64,000 nt of DNA from Eledone cirrhosa (taxonomy: Eukaryota): the NCBI GenBank assembly GCA_964016885.1, contig OZ024747.1, positions 15,004,001-15,068,000 on the forward strand, written 5' to 3'. Below are positions 16,816-31,552 of the stretch, one piece after another. The translations under genes were made by a program, and so were the position numbers. Below the pieces are notes generated by a model. The model searched no databases. It had not been told where the DNA came from and was given only the letters and a program-made list of their open reading frames with translations. Position 1 is the stretch's first letter; the number at the start of each line of letters is the position of its first letter.

Positions 16816-17199
16816 TAATTCGCTTTTTAAATATTTTGTTGGTATGGAGTTACCTGCTACATTGGTCATATTCATCGACCCTATTGAATTTTCATCATTA
16901 ACGATATGATACTATTATTGATATTGGTTCAGCTATCGATATATCCTCGATTACTTCTCATACATGATTGATCGAGAGATTTGGTTTTCTTTTGTAATTG
17001 AATCTATTCCGTCTTTATTTTTAATATCTGCTTCATCATAGTTTTCGCTCACTTAGTCATGGAGGCAGAGTCCTCCAACTGTCCTTCTATGTATCTATAT
17101 TTTATATATATATTTATATTTATACAGTCCCCCTACTTTAGCCGAACACAAATACTTGGGCATTTATATAGAAATATCAGAGCAACAAGAAACTGGCCA

Positions 17200-17530
17200 G
17201 CGGTCTCATACTCCTGAAGAAACTTCCATAGCAAATCCTGTGGAACGTGGTCATATGCCTTTTCGAGATCAAGAAATTAAGAATGCACCTCGTGGCAGTA
17301 CTCCTATTATTTCTCAAAGACTTGCTGCTGTGTGAATACTTGGCCGTCTGTGCTGATCACGGGGCGAAAACCAAACTGCTCAGCAGCTAGCCTGGGCTCA
17401 GCTATCTCCTTACATCTCGTTGCCAGATAGCACAGACTTTACCGGGGAAGCATAAAAAGGAGTTCTCTCTTTAATTGGAACAATCGCTCTTGTCTCCCTT
17501 TTTTAAAATAGCAAAACAATTCATGTCACG
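17200..17530 (-). pseudogene. Decayed non-LTR (RTE-like) reverse transcriptase fragment
   Basis: The minus strand reads FLDLEKAYDHVP near 17275-17240, with an upstream ..PGKV.A motif. Stops and frameshifts are present. Confidence 0.6.
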
Positions 17531-18379
17531 TTGCTCGAGACCACTCAACTGAAAGGGATTCTACAAGCAGCAGCTGTGGCTCATCCTTGCGACGAAGTGT
17601 TTTTCCATCCGTACGCCAGGTTGTTTAATGCTATTTAAAACTGAGATAGGTTCCATCCTGATCATCTTCAAACTAATTCGATGCAATGGAGAATATTATC
17701 CACTATCCAGAAGAGTGAAGCAGGGATAGTGAATCTGAACTAAAAAAAGAACGTGTGTTTGTATGTTACCTACTCAAATATCTTACCTTCTCGTTTGTTC
17801 CGGTTCAAATTTCTTTCAGCCTTTATGTTTTAATGGTAATATATTTGCATACTTCTCTGCTTTTGTTCATTCTTATTGTATTGCTCCTTTTATCCTGTGA
17901 GATTTATTTCAAATAATATTTATAATCTTTTTCTACTTGGATGCCGACACTTTTGAATTATCGGTGATTTCCTTTCCTACACATTGGGGTGGGGTTCGGC
18001 GAGCTCCCACGTTTAACTCAAACCTATTCTTCTCGGTAAATGTATGTTAAATGGGTGCGAGGTCCTATATTTTTATACTGTTTCAAGTCTTACCAACATA
18101 TTAATCTCATACAATTGAGCTCACAATAAACACCTACCCCAAACAAACTTTATGACCCTTCTACTTGCATCCACTGTATAAATGATAGTATGGATATACG
18201 TCTTCAATACCTAGCTGTTAATGATCATCATTTACCACTAAAAGAATGTTGAATGATTTAATCTAAGACCACTCTTCTCCAGAGTTTCTTAAAGTAGGTT
18301 CCGAAGAAAACTAGGGTACTGCAAACAAATTCTGGTGTTCTGCGAGACAAGGTGTCGTTTTAACAATATTTCTAAAAAG

Positions 18380-18560
18380 GTCACTGGATTGACAGAACTT
18401 GTTTGCGGTATTTGTTTTCATTATTTACATTCTGAGTTTAATTCCCACCAAGGTGAATTTGGCCTTTTATTCTTCTGGGTACGATAAAATAAATTAAAAA
18501 AACCAGTCCAATACTGAAGTTGAATTAAACAACTTCCTGGCCTTGCCGCCAATTTGAAAA
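18380..18560 (+). mobile_element. Diverged tRNA-derived SINE
   Basis: ctgagttttaattccc..ggccttttattcttctgggtacgataaaat..ctggccttg. Confidence 0.6.
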
Positions 18561-18957
18561 AAAAAAAATTTCATGAACATTTATTGTATAATTTTATATG
18601 AATAAATTCTCTCACAAAAACAATTTTCTTTTCATGAAATATGTTGTTTTCAAATAAGGGTGAATATTTATAGTTTCCAAGATTTTTGGTGAACCGTATA
18701 AAGGCCTGGGACCAATCGTTCTTCTATTCATTTACGATTCGTCAAAACAAAAGACAATTATTTTATCATTTGAAGATGTAAGAGTCAGGTTCGACAATTG
18801 CAACGATCGTGCCTCGAGGTGGTCGCCGGAGAAACGATTGTAATTTGTCTAATAAATCTAATAAATTTTATTCGTCGCAACACTGATTCTCCGTTTCTTA
18901 TGTGATATATATATATATATATACTTGGGTCATATTGTTGTAATAATATTGCCATAA

Positions 18958-19233
18958 ATAATAACAGAACACACTCACTGTTTGGTTGGTTTTCGCTTCT
19001 GTATCTTTTATATAAATATACAATAAAACAGGAGGAAACATAATAGTAGCACTGATGATGTTGCCGATGTGCAACGAAACAACTATGATAGACTATATAT
19101 ATATATTTATATCTGTAATTTTAACCGTTGGTCAATCAATGATAAACGTTGATTGCCAAATAAATTAACTATGGAGATATAAAAGATACAGAAGCGAAAA
19201 CCAACCAAACAGTGAGTGTGTTCTGTTATTATT
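18958..19233. mobile_element. Inverted repeat (~56-bp arms) enclosing a hammerhead core
   Basis: 18958-19013 is the reverse complement of 19177-19233. Between them lies CTGATGA-t-gttgc-cgatgt-gcaac-GAAA (19052-19079). Stem I is not evident. Confidence 0.65.
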
Positions 19234-19238
19234 TCTGT

Positions 19239-19304
<66 letters not shown>

Positions 19305-19445
19305 ATACTTTGGGAGGGTCATGTTGCCAATAAGAAACACACGCACCAGTTGTTTTCACTTCAATTTATTATTATAATAAATTTATAAATTTATAAATTT
19401 CTGCTTCGTTGGTTGGTTCCACAACCAGATAGTTGTTTATATATT

Positions 19446-19488
19446 GTCATAGTTCTTTCGTCACACACTCTGTGACCTCTTCAGTGAC
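19446..19488 (-). ncRNA. Type I hammerhead ribozyme in PLE 3' repeat (mirror copy 20662-20703 on + strand)
   Basis: gtca-CTGAAGA-g-gtcaca-gagtg-tgtgac-GAAA-gaac-TA-tgac. Confidence 0.8.
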
Positions 19489-19673
19489 TGGGGATTCCTT
19501 TCTTTGTTTCTGTGCCTCTCCTTTGTTCTGTCCTACGCCATTTTGTTTCTGTGTGTGTGTTGTGTGCTCAGTCTGCGCATGTGCCACATCCGGGTGTCTG
19601 TGTGTGTTTATGTTTATTTACATGTTACTGGTTGGTTGTTTGTTCTATGTGTGTGTGTGTTTTCATTTTGTCC

Positions 19674-20378
19674 TTAATTGTAAGTTGTGATGTTGCTGTT
19701 CCACTCATATTTTCTATTTAATTTTGGTTGTAATTCTTTTATGTTTATTGCCTCTGTAATTTGTCTAAACATTGCGTCTTTTCTGTGTGTAGATTCTATT
19801 TTTATTTCTATGTTCTCTAATTTACCCTTGTGTTCTATTTTAGCATGTTGGTAGAGTACAGATGATTCTTTACTATCTTGAAGGTCTCGCCAGTGTTCAT
19901 TTATCCGTTCCCCATACACTACGAGCTGTCTCACCTATGTACACTATATTTTTGTCTCTACATTGTCCTTCAGTACATCTTATGCTATACACTACATTTC
20001 TAGTTTTACAGTTAATATGGGGGCTTATTTTACAGGTTATACATGTCTTACCTACACATGAGGGTCTTTGAAAAGGGTATGTCTTGCTAATAAGTATTTT
20101 TACGGAGGTACCTGGTCTTTCTACTATCTCAATATTGAGTTTATGTTTATTTAGGGCCCTTCTAAATTTGTAAGCTAATTCACCTCTAGGGGTTGTATCG
20201 ATGAACATTACACTCTGGTATTTATTGCTATCATACCATGAGTTTATTCTATTAGCCTTGTTCCTGGTTCTTTCTATTCTATTCCAAAATTTGCTCCTAT
20301 ATAAGGGGCTTGTCCCATTTATGTCATTATTTACCATTTTTTCCCATTTGGTTCTGGCTCCTCTATACACTCTGATTT
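19674..20378 (-). pseudogene. PLE ORF C-terminus: linker, Cys-rich motif and GIY-YIG endonuclease (1-nt frameshift near 19915)
   Basis: SVMFIDTTPRGELA..IEIVERPGTS..C....CITC..NCKTRNVVYSIRC..C..VYIGETARSV | GERINEH..S.LYQH..H..RQITEAINI..P.LNRKYEW. Confidence 0.9.
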
Positions 20379-20948
20379 TAGAGGCAATAAACATAAAAGA
20401 ATTACAACCAAAATTAAATAGAAAATATGAGTGGAACAGCAACATCACAACTTACAATTAAGGACAAAATGAAAACACACACACACATAGAACAAACAAC
20501 CAACCAGTATCATGTAAATAAACAAATAAATAAATGAACATAAACACACACAGACACCCGGATGTGGCACATGCGCAGACTGAGCACACAACACACACAC
20601 AGAAACAAAATGGCGTAGGACAGAACAAAGGAGAGGCACAGAAACAAAGAAAGGAATCCCCAGTCACTGAAGAGGTCACAGAGTGTGTGACGAAAGAACT
20701 ATACAATATATATAAACAACTATCTGGTTGTGGAACCAACCAACCAATCAGAAATTTATAAATTTATAAATTTATTATAAATTTATTATAATAATAAATT
20801 GAAGTGAAAGCAACTGGTGCGTGTGTTTCTTATTGGCAACATGACCCTCCCAAAGTATAACAATATCGGTTTCAACACACGATTTCAGATAAAGAATCTT
20901 GCTAAACAAATTCAGAAACGAAATATATATATATATATATGTATGTGT

Positions 20949-21070
<122 letters not shown>

Positions 21071-21377
21071 TTAAGCATATATGCATGTAAGCTTGCATGT
21101 ATGTGTGCATACATATATGTCTGAGTTTCGCTTTTCGCCCACGTTACTTGATGCTATTGCTGACGTCAAATAAAGCTTCCTTTGGATCATCTTCTTGATC
21201 AAATTCAACAACGAACTACAGAATTTCTAGATTATATGTTCACTGCTACTGAAGATTAGAGATCACAAATCTTTGATCCTGGAGAAGCATTAACCTGAAA
21301 GAGACGACATAATATAATGTTTCAAATTACAAATTTCACAAATCTAACTGACACACAAGGGTGCGGATAAGACTATT

Positions 21378-21432
<55 letters not shown>

Positions 21433-21675
21433 CGTTTTATCTGCTGTAGTCTGCATTCTTTAACTAAATCAACTTCATTGAAAATTCCTCCCTGACGCAA
21501 GAGAGACTATGATGATACGCCGATTCCATGGACTATCTAACTACGAGTTCCTCATTGAAGGATGCTTTCATTGCTTCATTGATTTTGACAAGGGATATTT
21601 TCCTTTTGTAAGTATCTATTCCCAATATATTCGAATATATATATATATAAACACACAGACACAGACACATATATG

Positions 21676-21754
<79 letters not shown>

Positions 21755-21813
21755 CAAGGGTCTGATACCATCAACACCATAAATACAGAGCTGGCATATC
21801 TAAGAACTGACAA

Positions 21814-21869
21814 ACTGCCTGATTAAGTCATAGCCATTCAATGGCTATCATCGAAATATATATAGCAGT
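21814..21869 (+). ncRNA. Hammerhead-like motif (core CTGATTA, probably inactivated) followed by AATAAA
   Basis: actgc-CTGATTA-..atagccatt-c-aatggctat..-GAAA-tatata-TA-gcagt-aaataaa, in an island between (TA)n tracts. Confidence 0.65.
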
Positions 21870-21910
21870 AAATAAAGGATTATGAGTTCATGCAATTGAC
21901 TTATGTTTTG

Positions 21911-21951
<41 letters not shown>

Positions 21952-22121
21952 TCTACAAGCCCTAGTATCGAGTACTCTGCTGTGTTATGTACCACCTGCT
22001 ATCTTACCACACACTCTATGTTATATATATATATATACATGTTCGATTTCATCTTTTTTCTTTATACTTTCACTCATGTAGGATACCTCGTTTATTTTTC
22101 ATTTTGTAAAAAAAACCTCAC

Positions 22122-22152
<31 letters not shown>

Positions 22153-22218
22153 ACATAGAGTGTGTGGTAAGATATCAGGTGGTACATTACACACCAGAGT
22201 ACTCGATACTAGGGATTG

Positions 22219-22351
22219 TAGAGTGGATAATATGAAAAGATTCAGGACACCGACGGCTGAGGTCCGGTCGTTTCGACAGCTCCGATCTAGCTGTCAAAAC
22301 GGCTGGAGCTCAGCCGTTGGGGTCCAGAATCTTTTTATATTACCCTCTCTA
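22219..22351. mobile_element. Fold-back of the 'gtcgaaacggc..ccgtcggggtc' family, with left tail 22150-22218
   Basis: Arms ~22219-22280 and 22289-22351. The same family occurs at 21950-22025, 30990-31115, 36860-36980, 45595-45700, 48400-48600, 61515 and 62140. Confidence 0.75.
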
Positions 22352-22359
22352 ATACACAC

Positions 22360-22437
<78 letters not shown>

Positions 22438-22833
22438 ATGTGTTTGTGTGAGTGTATGCATTTCCCCATCTATCTACCTCTCCTTTTCTTTTTGCCCCTT
22501 TCGCTCATATAATCCTTTTCTTTGTTTCAATCTTAGATGCCATTTTGCCAGTTTTACATTTTCCCATTATTCATTATCATACAGTCTTCCTGTGATGTCC
22601 TTTATCATTCAATTCTGTTTACAACTTCTCATTATTTTAACCTTTGTTTCCACTTTCTTTCTATTTGCCGTGTATTTCATTGTCCTCGGCCTATTCTCTA
22701 TTCTTTCAAATACTCTTTTATTATTCACTCCGATGTTTTCCATTCTTATTTCATTATTCCTTAAGATACGTTTTTCTTTTTCATTTTTCTTAATATATGC
22801 AATATAGTTCATATATGTAAACGTATGAGTGCG

Positions 22834-22933
<100 letters not shown>

Positions 22934-23054
22934 AAAAATGTATATAATTTAGTCCAGAAATAGCCGTCGGGGTCATACATTTTTCTTAAAATGTATATAT
23001 ATATATATATTATGAAAGTAAAACAAAGAAGCCTTCAATACATCAAAAGTCTTT

Positions 23055-23099
23055 ATTAGCCAACAATGTTTCGTCCTATTAAGGACTCATCAGGCCAAT
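23055..23099 (-). ncRNA. Type I hammerhead ribozyme followed by AATAAA
   Basis: Reverse complement: attggc-CTGATGA-gtcc-ttaata-ggac-GAAA-cattg-TT-ggctaataaa. Confidence 0.8.
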
Positions 23100-23289
23100 T
23101 AAAACAACAAGAAGTATTATCGGCCAATACAAGCCGGAAACTCCGAAGAATATGGAGTGTACATACACTAAAGTATTGCAAGATTATGGGTAAAAATATA
23201 TAATAAAAATCACTAAGGAGGTGTATAACATTTAGAACCATATTACAAATATAGTCCAAAGCAAAAAACCCTAGAGCTAGTATTTTAAC

Positions 23290-23376
<87 letters not shown>

Positions 23377-23399
23377 TGTGTGTGTGTATATAAATACAT

Positions 23400-23462
23400 T
23401 TTCTTCTGATGAATGAAGACAGACATAAATATCTGTCTTCAAGAAACCACTGGTAAATGAAA
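23400..23462 (+). ncRNA. Type I hammerhead ribozyme
   Basis: CTGATGA-a-tgaagacaga-cataaata-tctgtcttca-a-GAAA-cca-c-tgg-TA. Stem I is imperfect. Confidence 0.7.
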
Positions 23463-23466
23463 TAAT

Positions 23467-23623
23467 TGTTTCTACTTTTTGGCACAAGGCCAGCAATTAC
23501 CCAGTGCATTACTGGTACTTTATTTTATCGACCCTGTAAGGATGAAAGGAAAAGGTAATTTCGGCGGGATTTGAACTCAGAATGGCAAGGGCTGTAACTC
23601 TATGCATCAAAGCATGGCGTCCG
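23467..23623 (-). mobile_element. 5'-truncated tRNA-derived SINE
   Basis: SINE core on the minus strand with flanking repeat atgaaataat on both sides. Inserted just 3' of the HHR. Confidence 0.85.
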
Positions 23624-23748
23624 ATGAAATAATAATCTTATGTTGTTTATTACATAACTATATATATATATATTAGGGTAAATATTGATGCAATTCAATT
23701 CAAGCACTCAACGTACTTTTTCCACATAGGAGTGACGGAGTAAATATC

Positions 23749-24116
23749 GAATAAGGAAAAGCGAATAGTTTCAGATGTTCAAGTCCTTTAATAATAATGC
23801 TGTGATATATATTTCAGTGACGACACTGGCCACACTGTTCTGTGTGCGAGAGTCGTGTCATCATCAGACAGCTTGTTACATAATAAGGTTATGTTTCCGA
23901 GGCAATCCAAATTGGATCGACATGTCCAATTTGGATCGACATATCGATCCAATTTGGATTGCCTCGGAAACATAACCTTATTATGTAACAAGCTGTCTGA
24001 TGATGACACGACACTCGCACACAGAACAGTGTGGCCAGTGTCGTCACTGAAATATATATCACAGCATTATTATTAAAGGACTTGAACATCTGAAACTACT
24101 TCGCTTTTCCTTATTC
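23749..24116. mobile_element. Fold-back element (~170-bp arms) with two hammerhead ribozymes
   Basis: Near-perfect inverted arms. The centre has a tandem duplication of ccaa(a/t)ttggatcgacat. Left tail 23675-23748, (TA)n flanks. Confidence 0.92.
23992..24065 (+). ncRNA. Type I hammerhead ribozyme (mirror 23799-23872 on - strand)
   Basis: gctgt-CTGATGA-long stem II (gacac..cacac/gtgtg..gtgtc)-GAAA-tatata-TC-acagc. Confidence 0.88.
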
Positions 24117-24173
<57 letters not shown>

Positions 24174-24183
24174 TACATGTATG

Positions 24184-24226
<43 letters not shown>

Positions 24227-24544
24227 GAATGTGTGTAGACATAGACATATTTCTTTTTATATTTTTCTCATACTGTGTACATTGCAAATAATGAAATAAC
24301 CAAACATTTTACTTTAAACGAATATATATTTCAAGTTAAAGACTCTGTCTCAAACCATTCCCTTCTCTCCGCCTATTATTTGCAATCACTTCCACTATAC
24401 TAAGTCAACGAGCAAGTTTCTCAACAATGTAGCAAAGTCATTTAATCATTTCGTGTAATCGGGATTTGCCCTTACCACTTCACCTGATTCTTTTAAACAC
24501 TTCAATTTCTATATTTTTCTTAATATTATTTGTTCTTATTTATA

Positions 24545-24782
24545 GGGCGTGGATTGACAATATTGGTAGAGAGTCGGAGTATAGGTAGAGAATCGGGTGC
24601 CATGCTTGGCAGCATAGAGTTACGGTCCTTTATGATCTGAGTTCAAATCCCGCCAAGTTTAGCTTTGCCTTTCATCCTTACGGGTTGATAAAATAAAGTG
24701 CCAGTCACTCACTGGGGGCGATTTAATCGACATTCCCCTCCCCCCCCTAAATTCGTGGCCTTGTGCCTATATACTAAACCAT
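24545..24782 (+). mobile_element. tRNA-derived SINE
   Basis: Full head, core and tail, with a short duplication in the head (ggtagaga..tcgg x2). Confidence 0.85.
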
Positions 24783-26467
24783 TATTTCTTATTTATCATC
24801 TTTTTTCTCCTTATCCTTTTTTCATTATCATACTCTACATCATCACCATCATCATCATCTCCAGCATTTTCATCGACACCATCATCGCAATTGTCATCAG
24901 AGAATCAATTAGTTTTCCAGTCTGTTTTCTTCCAGCGAAACAGCTTACTTGTGATATTAACTTGTGGGCATTCCATCGACAGGTGTACATTTAATGTAGT
25001 TCCATGGAAATTCAGCGTGACACAAGTGTGTCAATGATAGACCATTCGAATAACCAGGAATAGATCTCATAACTTTACGATCATGATAGGAACACTCCTA
25101 AACAATACGCCACACGCATTTACAATAGTTGTAGCTATAATGTATTAGTGTAGATGAAGCGCATCTGTAGAATTTTGTAGTGCGTTGAAGAGTGAGCTAT
25201 TTCCATTCACTAATAAGTTGAGTGGCTTTGTATAGTGGAATCAATTCGTTACATTATGTCCCTTCCATTCAAAGAGCCCATCCATTCTGGTTCAAACTAA
25301 TTATCCAGTATTGCACCTTTATATTCTAAACTCACTCCAATCCTGACAAATTCGGCATTTCTCTTGTCTTCTTTCCAAGCTGTGACCCTGACATATCAGC
25401 TATTGGAATACGCTTCAACCCAATGATAGACCATAATGCTTATACCACTAGCACCACCTACGCGAACATCACTATCACAATACCATCACGACAATCACCA
25501 CCAGCATCACTATTATCTCCAACATAACCATATCCCCATCTCCCCCCGACCGTTAATATCTACACCACTACCACCCACTACCAACGCTACTAATATTCGC
25601 TGGCAAAATTATCCAAATATACCCCAGCCGTCACTCATAATCGCGTTATACGTTTTAGTATATGCCATGCTTTCGATGTGTTTTAGGTTCTCATGTAATT
25701 GCCAGCATACATAGACATCCTCTCGGCTCTAACTTCCTTGATACAGTAGGATATCCATGATGTGACATCTAGAAGGGAGGGTTGCACAAGTACTAGACTG
25801 AAATATTGTTTTTAATCGAACACAAAAGGATAAAAACTAAGTGGACATAGATAAGATTTGAAGACAGAAGTCAGAGACAGGGAATAAATATCCAACCCAA
25901 AATCAACTGCATTTCACCCTATAAATATTTAAATACATAAATATCTCGTATGTCAAGCAAAATAATCGTAAAATTCTCTACTCTGAAAAAAACAAAAAAC
26001 AAACAACAAATAATACATATTCAAAACCAAAAGAGTAAACAACCATATTTAATTCAATATTTATTTATTCATTGACTTATCTTTTAAATTCATAATTTAT
26101 TTATTTAATTAATTATTTATTTTCTTCCCTGACGATATTGTGGTGTATATATTTTTCCGTTGAGTCTGGTTACTGTAGTGTTTTTGGCAGTTGTTTTCTT
26201 ACTTGAATATATATATTCGTTTACTTTTGTAGTAGATGTTGCGGTTCTTGTTCTGTATGTGTTCATTATTGCTTTTCTTTATAGTGTATCTTTTTTATTT
26301 CCATGCTGCTTAACTTGCCAGTTATTATTGATACCACAGACTTCATCTCGATACAATTATGCAGATGAGTCTTAAAACATGACTGTATTTAAAAACTCGC
26401 CGAGAGCTAAAATATTCAAAATGCATGCACGTGTGTAAATTGTGTTAAAGCAGACACAAACAAATAT

Positions 26468-26512
<45 letters not shown>

Positions 26513-26560
26513 GGGTATATATATATACATGTGTAAATTGTGTTAAATGACACACAAACA

Positions 26561-26647
<87 letters not shown>

Positions 26648-26975
26648 GGGTGTATATGAACGGTTATATAAAAATAAACACGAGGCGGTTTCTCAATCAA
26701 CAAAAAAGTACTTTTCATTATGAAAAAATTATCTTTCTCTCTTTTGCCCTGTGAACATGTCACAGATATACCTCTAGCCGTTGAGAATTCATTACAGGCA
26801 ATTTCACATTCAAGCGGAATACACGTCTTCATTCGGATTCCAACATTACGGATATAAAATCCTTTATCCAGAGAACATTTTATGTGTTTATGAGCCGGTA
26901 TCAACAGTAGGCATATGTGGAGTTGGTTTTTAACCTATAGCGAAGCAACTTCTTACAGAATGTGTCTATTATTAT

Positions 26976-27529
26976 TATTATTAGATGGTTTTTTTGCCTT
27001 TCATCCGTACAGGGTCGATAAAATTAAGTACCAGTAATGCACTGGGGTACTTGCTGGCCTTGTGACAAAAACAGAAACAATTATTATTAGATGGTTTAAA
27101 AGGGCCGTGTATTAGCAGTATCATTAGAGCGCCGGACACTATGCTTTGCAGCATAGAGTTACACCCCTTTGTGATCTGAGTTCAAATCCCACTCAGGTTA
27201 ACTTTGCCTTTCAACCTTACGAGGTTGATTTAATAGACTTTCCCCTCCCCCAACATTGCTGGCCTTCTGCCTATACTAGAAATCATTATTAGATCGTTTA
27301 GGGCGGTGGATTGGCAGTATCAGTAGAGCGTCGGACACTATGCTTTGCAGCATCGAATTACGGCCCTTTATGATCTGAGTTCAAATCCCGCTGAGGTTAG
27401 CTTTGCCTTTCATCCTTGCGGGGTCGATAAAATAAAGTACCAGTCACGCACTGGGGTCAATTTGATCAACTTTCCCCTCCCCGAAATTGCTGGCCTTGTG
27501 CCTATTGTAGAAATCATTATTAGATGGTT
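26976..27529 (+). mobile_element. Three tandem SINE copies
   Basis: Copies at ~26992-27080, 27100-27283 and 27301-27514, each bounded by attattagat(g/c)gttt. Confidence 0.88.
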
Positions 27530-28353
27530 TAGAACATCGGGAATTGGGGCAGTAATGAATAAATGAAGTGAGGCCAAATTAATGAATTTTATTGCTGTGT
27601 TTTTATAAACGTTCAACGTAAAAATTGTATTATACAACAGAATTTTTGAAGATCTGTTTCTACGCCTGTTAATTTATATTCTAGATATGAATTCTAACTT
27701 ATCAGAAAAGCGACTTTTAAAGCATCTAGATTTGAAGATCACAATAATATACTTTTCCTATATTCAAAATTTACATATATTTTATCTTGGTTATCCAAAG
27801 AATTATATGGACTTTATATGGTTCTGGAATCTGTTGTATTTTTCAGAATATGATAATTTCCTATTAGATTAAATAAACTTCATAAAATATCAATCTGTAT
27901 GTTTATTTACAGGAGAGTTATGACTTATTTTAAATCTATATTTCTCGTTCCCTAAGAATGCTCACTAAACCAATCATTTTACGAAACCTGCTAAATTCTC
28001 AAAAACACTATTTCAGCAATATTCCCTAGAAGGAATGGGAATGCCTTTCCATCCTCATCATTTTAGGACCATGCATATCATTCTTACTATTTGTGCTGAG
28101 GAGTTACAGATATTTATTTAAATGATTGAACGTAAACAAGAATATATATGGTAGTAACTTTTTTCTCATTTCCCTTCCGTCTCTTTCTAGTTTCTATTCT
28201 ATAATTCTTTACCATCTCTATATCTTTCTCCCTCCTTCCCGCACATACACACACGGGAATGTATGTATATATAAATATGTGCGTGTAGAGAGTGTGTATG
28301 TGTGAGTATGCGCACTTATATACGTACATAGATACGTACAGACATATATATAT

Positions 28354-28469
<116 letters not shown>

Positions 28470-28602
28470 ATCTCTGTATCTATGTATCTATGTATGTATG
28501 CAATTCTGCAGATAATATGAAAAATGTCACATAAATATCTACCTATTATTGACACACTGTATCTTATCTATATTTAATACGCAATATTTATTATATTGAT
28601 AT

Positions 28603-28790
28603 AGGGCGGTGGATTGGCAGTATCGGTAGAGGGTCGGACGCCATGCTTTCCAGCATAGTTACGTCCCTTTACGATCTGAGTTCAAATCCCGCCGAGGTTG
28701 ACTTTGCCTTTCATCCTTACGGGGTCGATAAAATAAAGTACCAGTAATGCACTGGGTAATTGCTGGCCTTGTGCCAAAAGTAGAAACAAA
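28603..28790 (+). mobile_element. tRNA-derived SINE, full length
   Basis: gggcggtggattggcagtatcggtag..gagttcaaatccc..gcctttcatccttacggggtcgataaaataaagtaccag..gtagaaacaa. Confidence 0.92.
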
Positions 28791-29076
28791 TATTTATTAT
28801 ATTGATTACTCTTACATTTGTACTCTCTTCTCACTCTACCTATATACTCGCGCACAACTTATATACATATACATATGATGACATAGTGTACGAGAACATT
28901 ATATCTGTATACATGTAGAGAGGGTAAACATATACATATATCTAATATGTAGGCATATAAAAATGCCGGAAAATATGAATTTCCCCGTAAGAGAAAAAAA
29001 AAATTATAAACCCCTTTCATCGATTTTCAAAGCTATATTATCCACATAACAACACAGAAAGGTATAAGTAGCGGTA

Positions 29077-29115
<39 letters not shown>

Positions 29116-29170
29116 TACATATATATATATAAACATATATATATACATATATATATATATAAATATATAT

Positions 29171-30649
<1,479 letters not shown>

Positions 30650-30685
30650 ATAAATATATATATATATATATATAATATATATATG

Positions 30686-30835
<150 letters not shown>

Positions 30836-30836
30836 G

Positions 30837-30939
<103 letters not shown>

Positions 30940-30951
30940 GAGAGAGAGAGA

Positions 30952-30983
<32 letters not shown>

Positions 30984-31163
30984 TACGAACGATTCGGATC
31001 TAATTGTTGAAACGGCCAGAGCTCAGCCGTCGGGGTCTTGACTCTTTTCATATTACCCACTCTACTACCCTAAGTATCGAGTGCATTATGATCCACCTGG
31101 TAGCTTACCACACCTTCTTTGTTATATATACATATATTTCACTTGAAGCATTGTGTAATGAGG

Positions 31164-31494
31164 TATAAACGTTTGTATTTGTAAAGCCAAAACAATGCAG
31201 GTATGGACATAGAATAAAAATGCTAATGCAAAATATATTGTTGACAATTAGTCTTTTACCTTTAAGTTATTTAAATCTCCTTAATTTTCGAGATAATATC
31301 TCTTCTTGACTTAGCAAGCTATTTAGAACACTGGTTTAACCGCTTTACTTCCTTCCGAAGAAGAGATATTATCTCGAAAATTAAGGACATTTAAATAAAT
31401 TTAAGGTAAAAGACTAATTGTCAACAATATCTTTTGCATTTCCATTTTTATTCTATGTCCATACCTGCATTGTTTTGGCTTTACAAATACAAAC

Positions 31495-31502
<8 letters not shown>
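31164..31502. mobile_element. Fold-back element (~144-bp arms) with minimal hammerhead variant
   Basis: Arms 31164-31307 and 31358-31502. Motif tcctt-CCGAAGA-a-gagat-att-atctc-GAAA-at-TA-agga at 31350-31388. Confidence 0.85.

Positions 31503-31552
<50 letters not shown>

Larger units (their letters stand above)
19299..20924 (-). mobile_element. 5'-truncated Penelope-like retroelement with inverted pseudo-LTR
   Basis: Minus-strand ORF remnant 20378-19674 plus 3' UTR to 19299. 20380-20864 is an inverted copy of ~19755-19299, extended by a ~60-nt tail. HHR in both arms, (TA)n flanks. Confidence 0.9.

Noticed and set aside
18278-18715. Possible old hAT-type MITE around the SINE
   Set aside because: The termini only vaguely resemble TIRs, and no TSD was found.
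20379-20448. N-terminus of the 183-aa ORF
   Set aside because: It is a chimeric read-through from the inverted repeat. The real PLE frame is truncated at ~20378.
23775-24089. Paired ORFs on opposite strands (also 7222/7483)
   Set aside because: They are mirror images caused by the palindromes.
28603-28700. tRNA gene
   Set aside because: The A/B boxes belong to a SINE head. There is no full cloverleaf, and it is followed by the SINE core.
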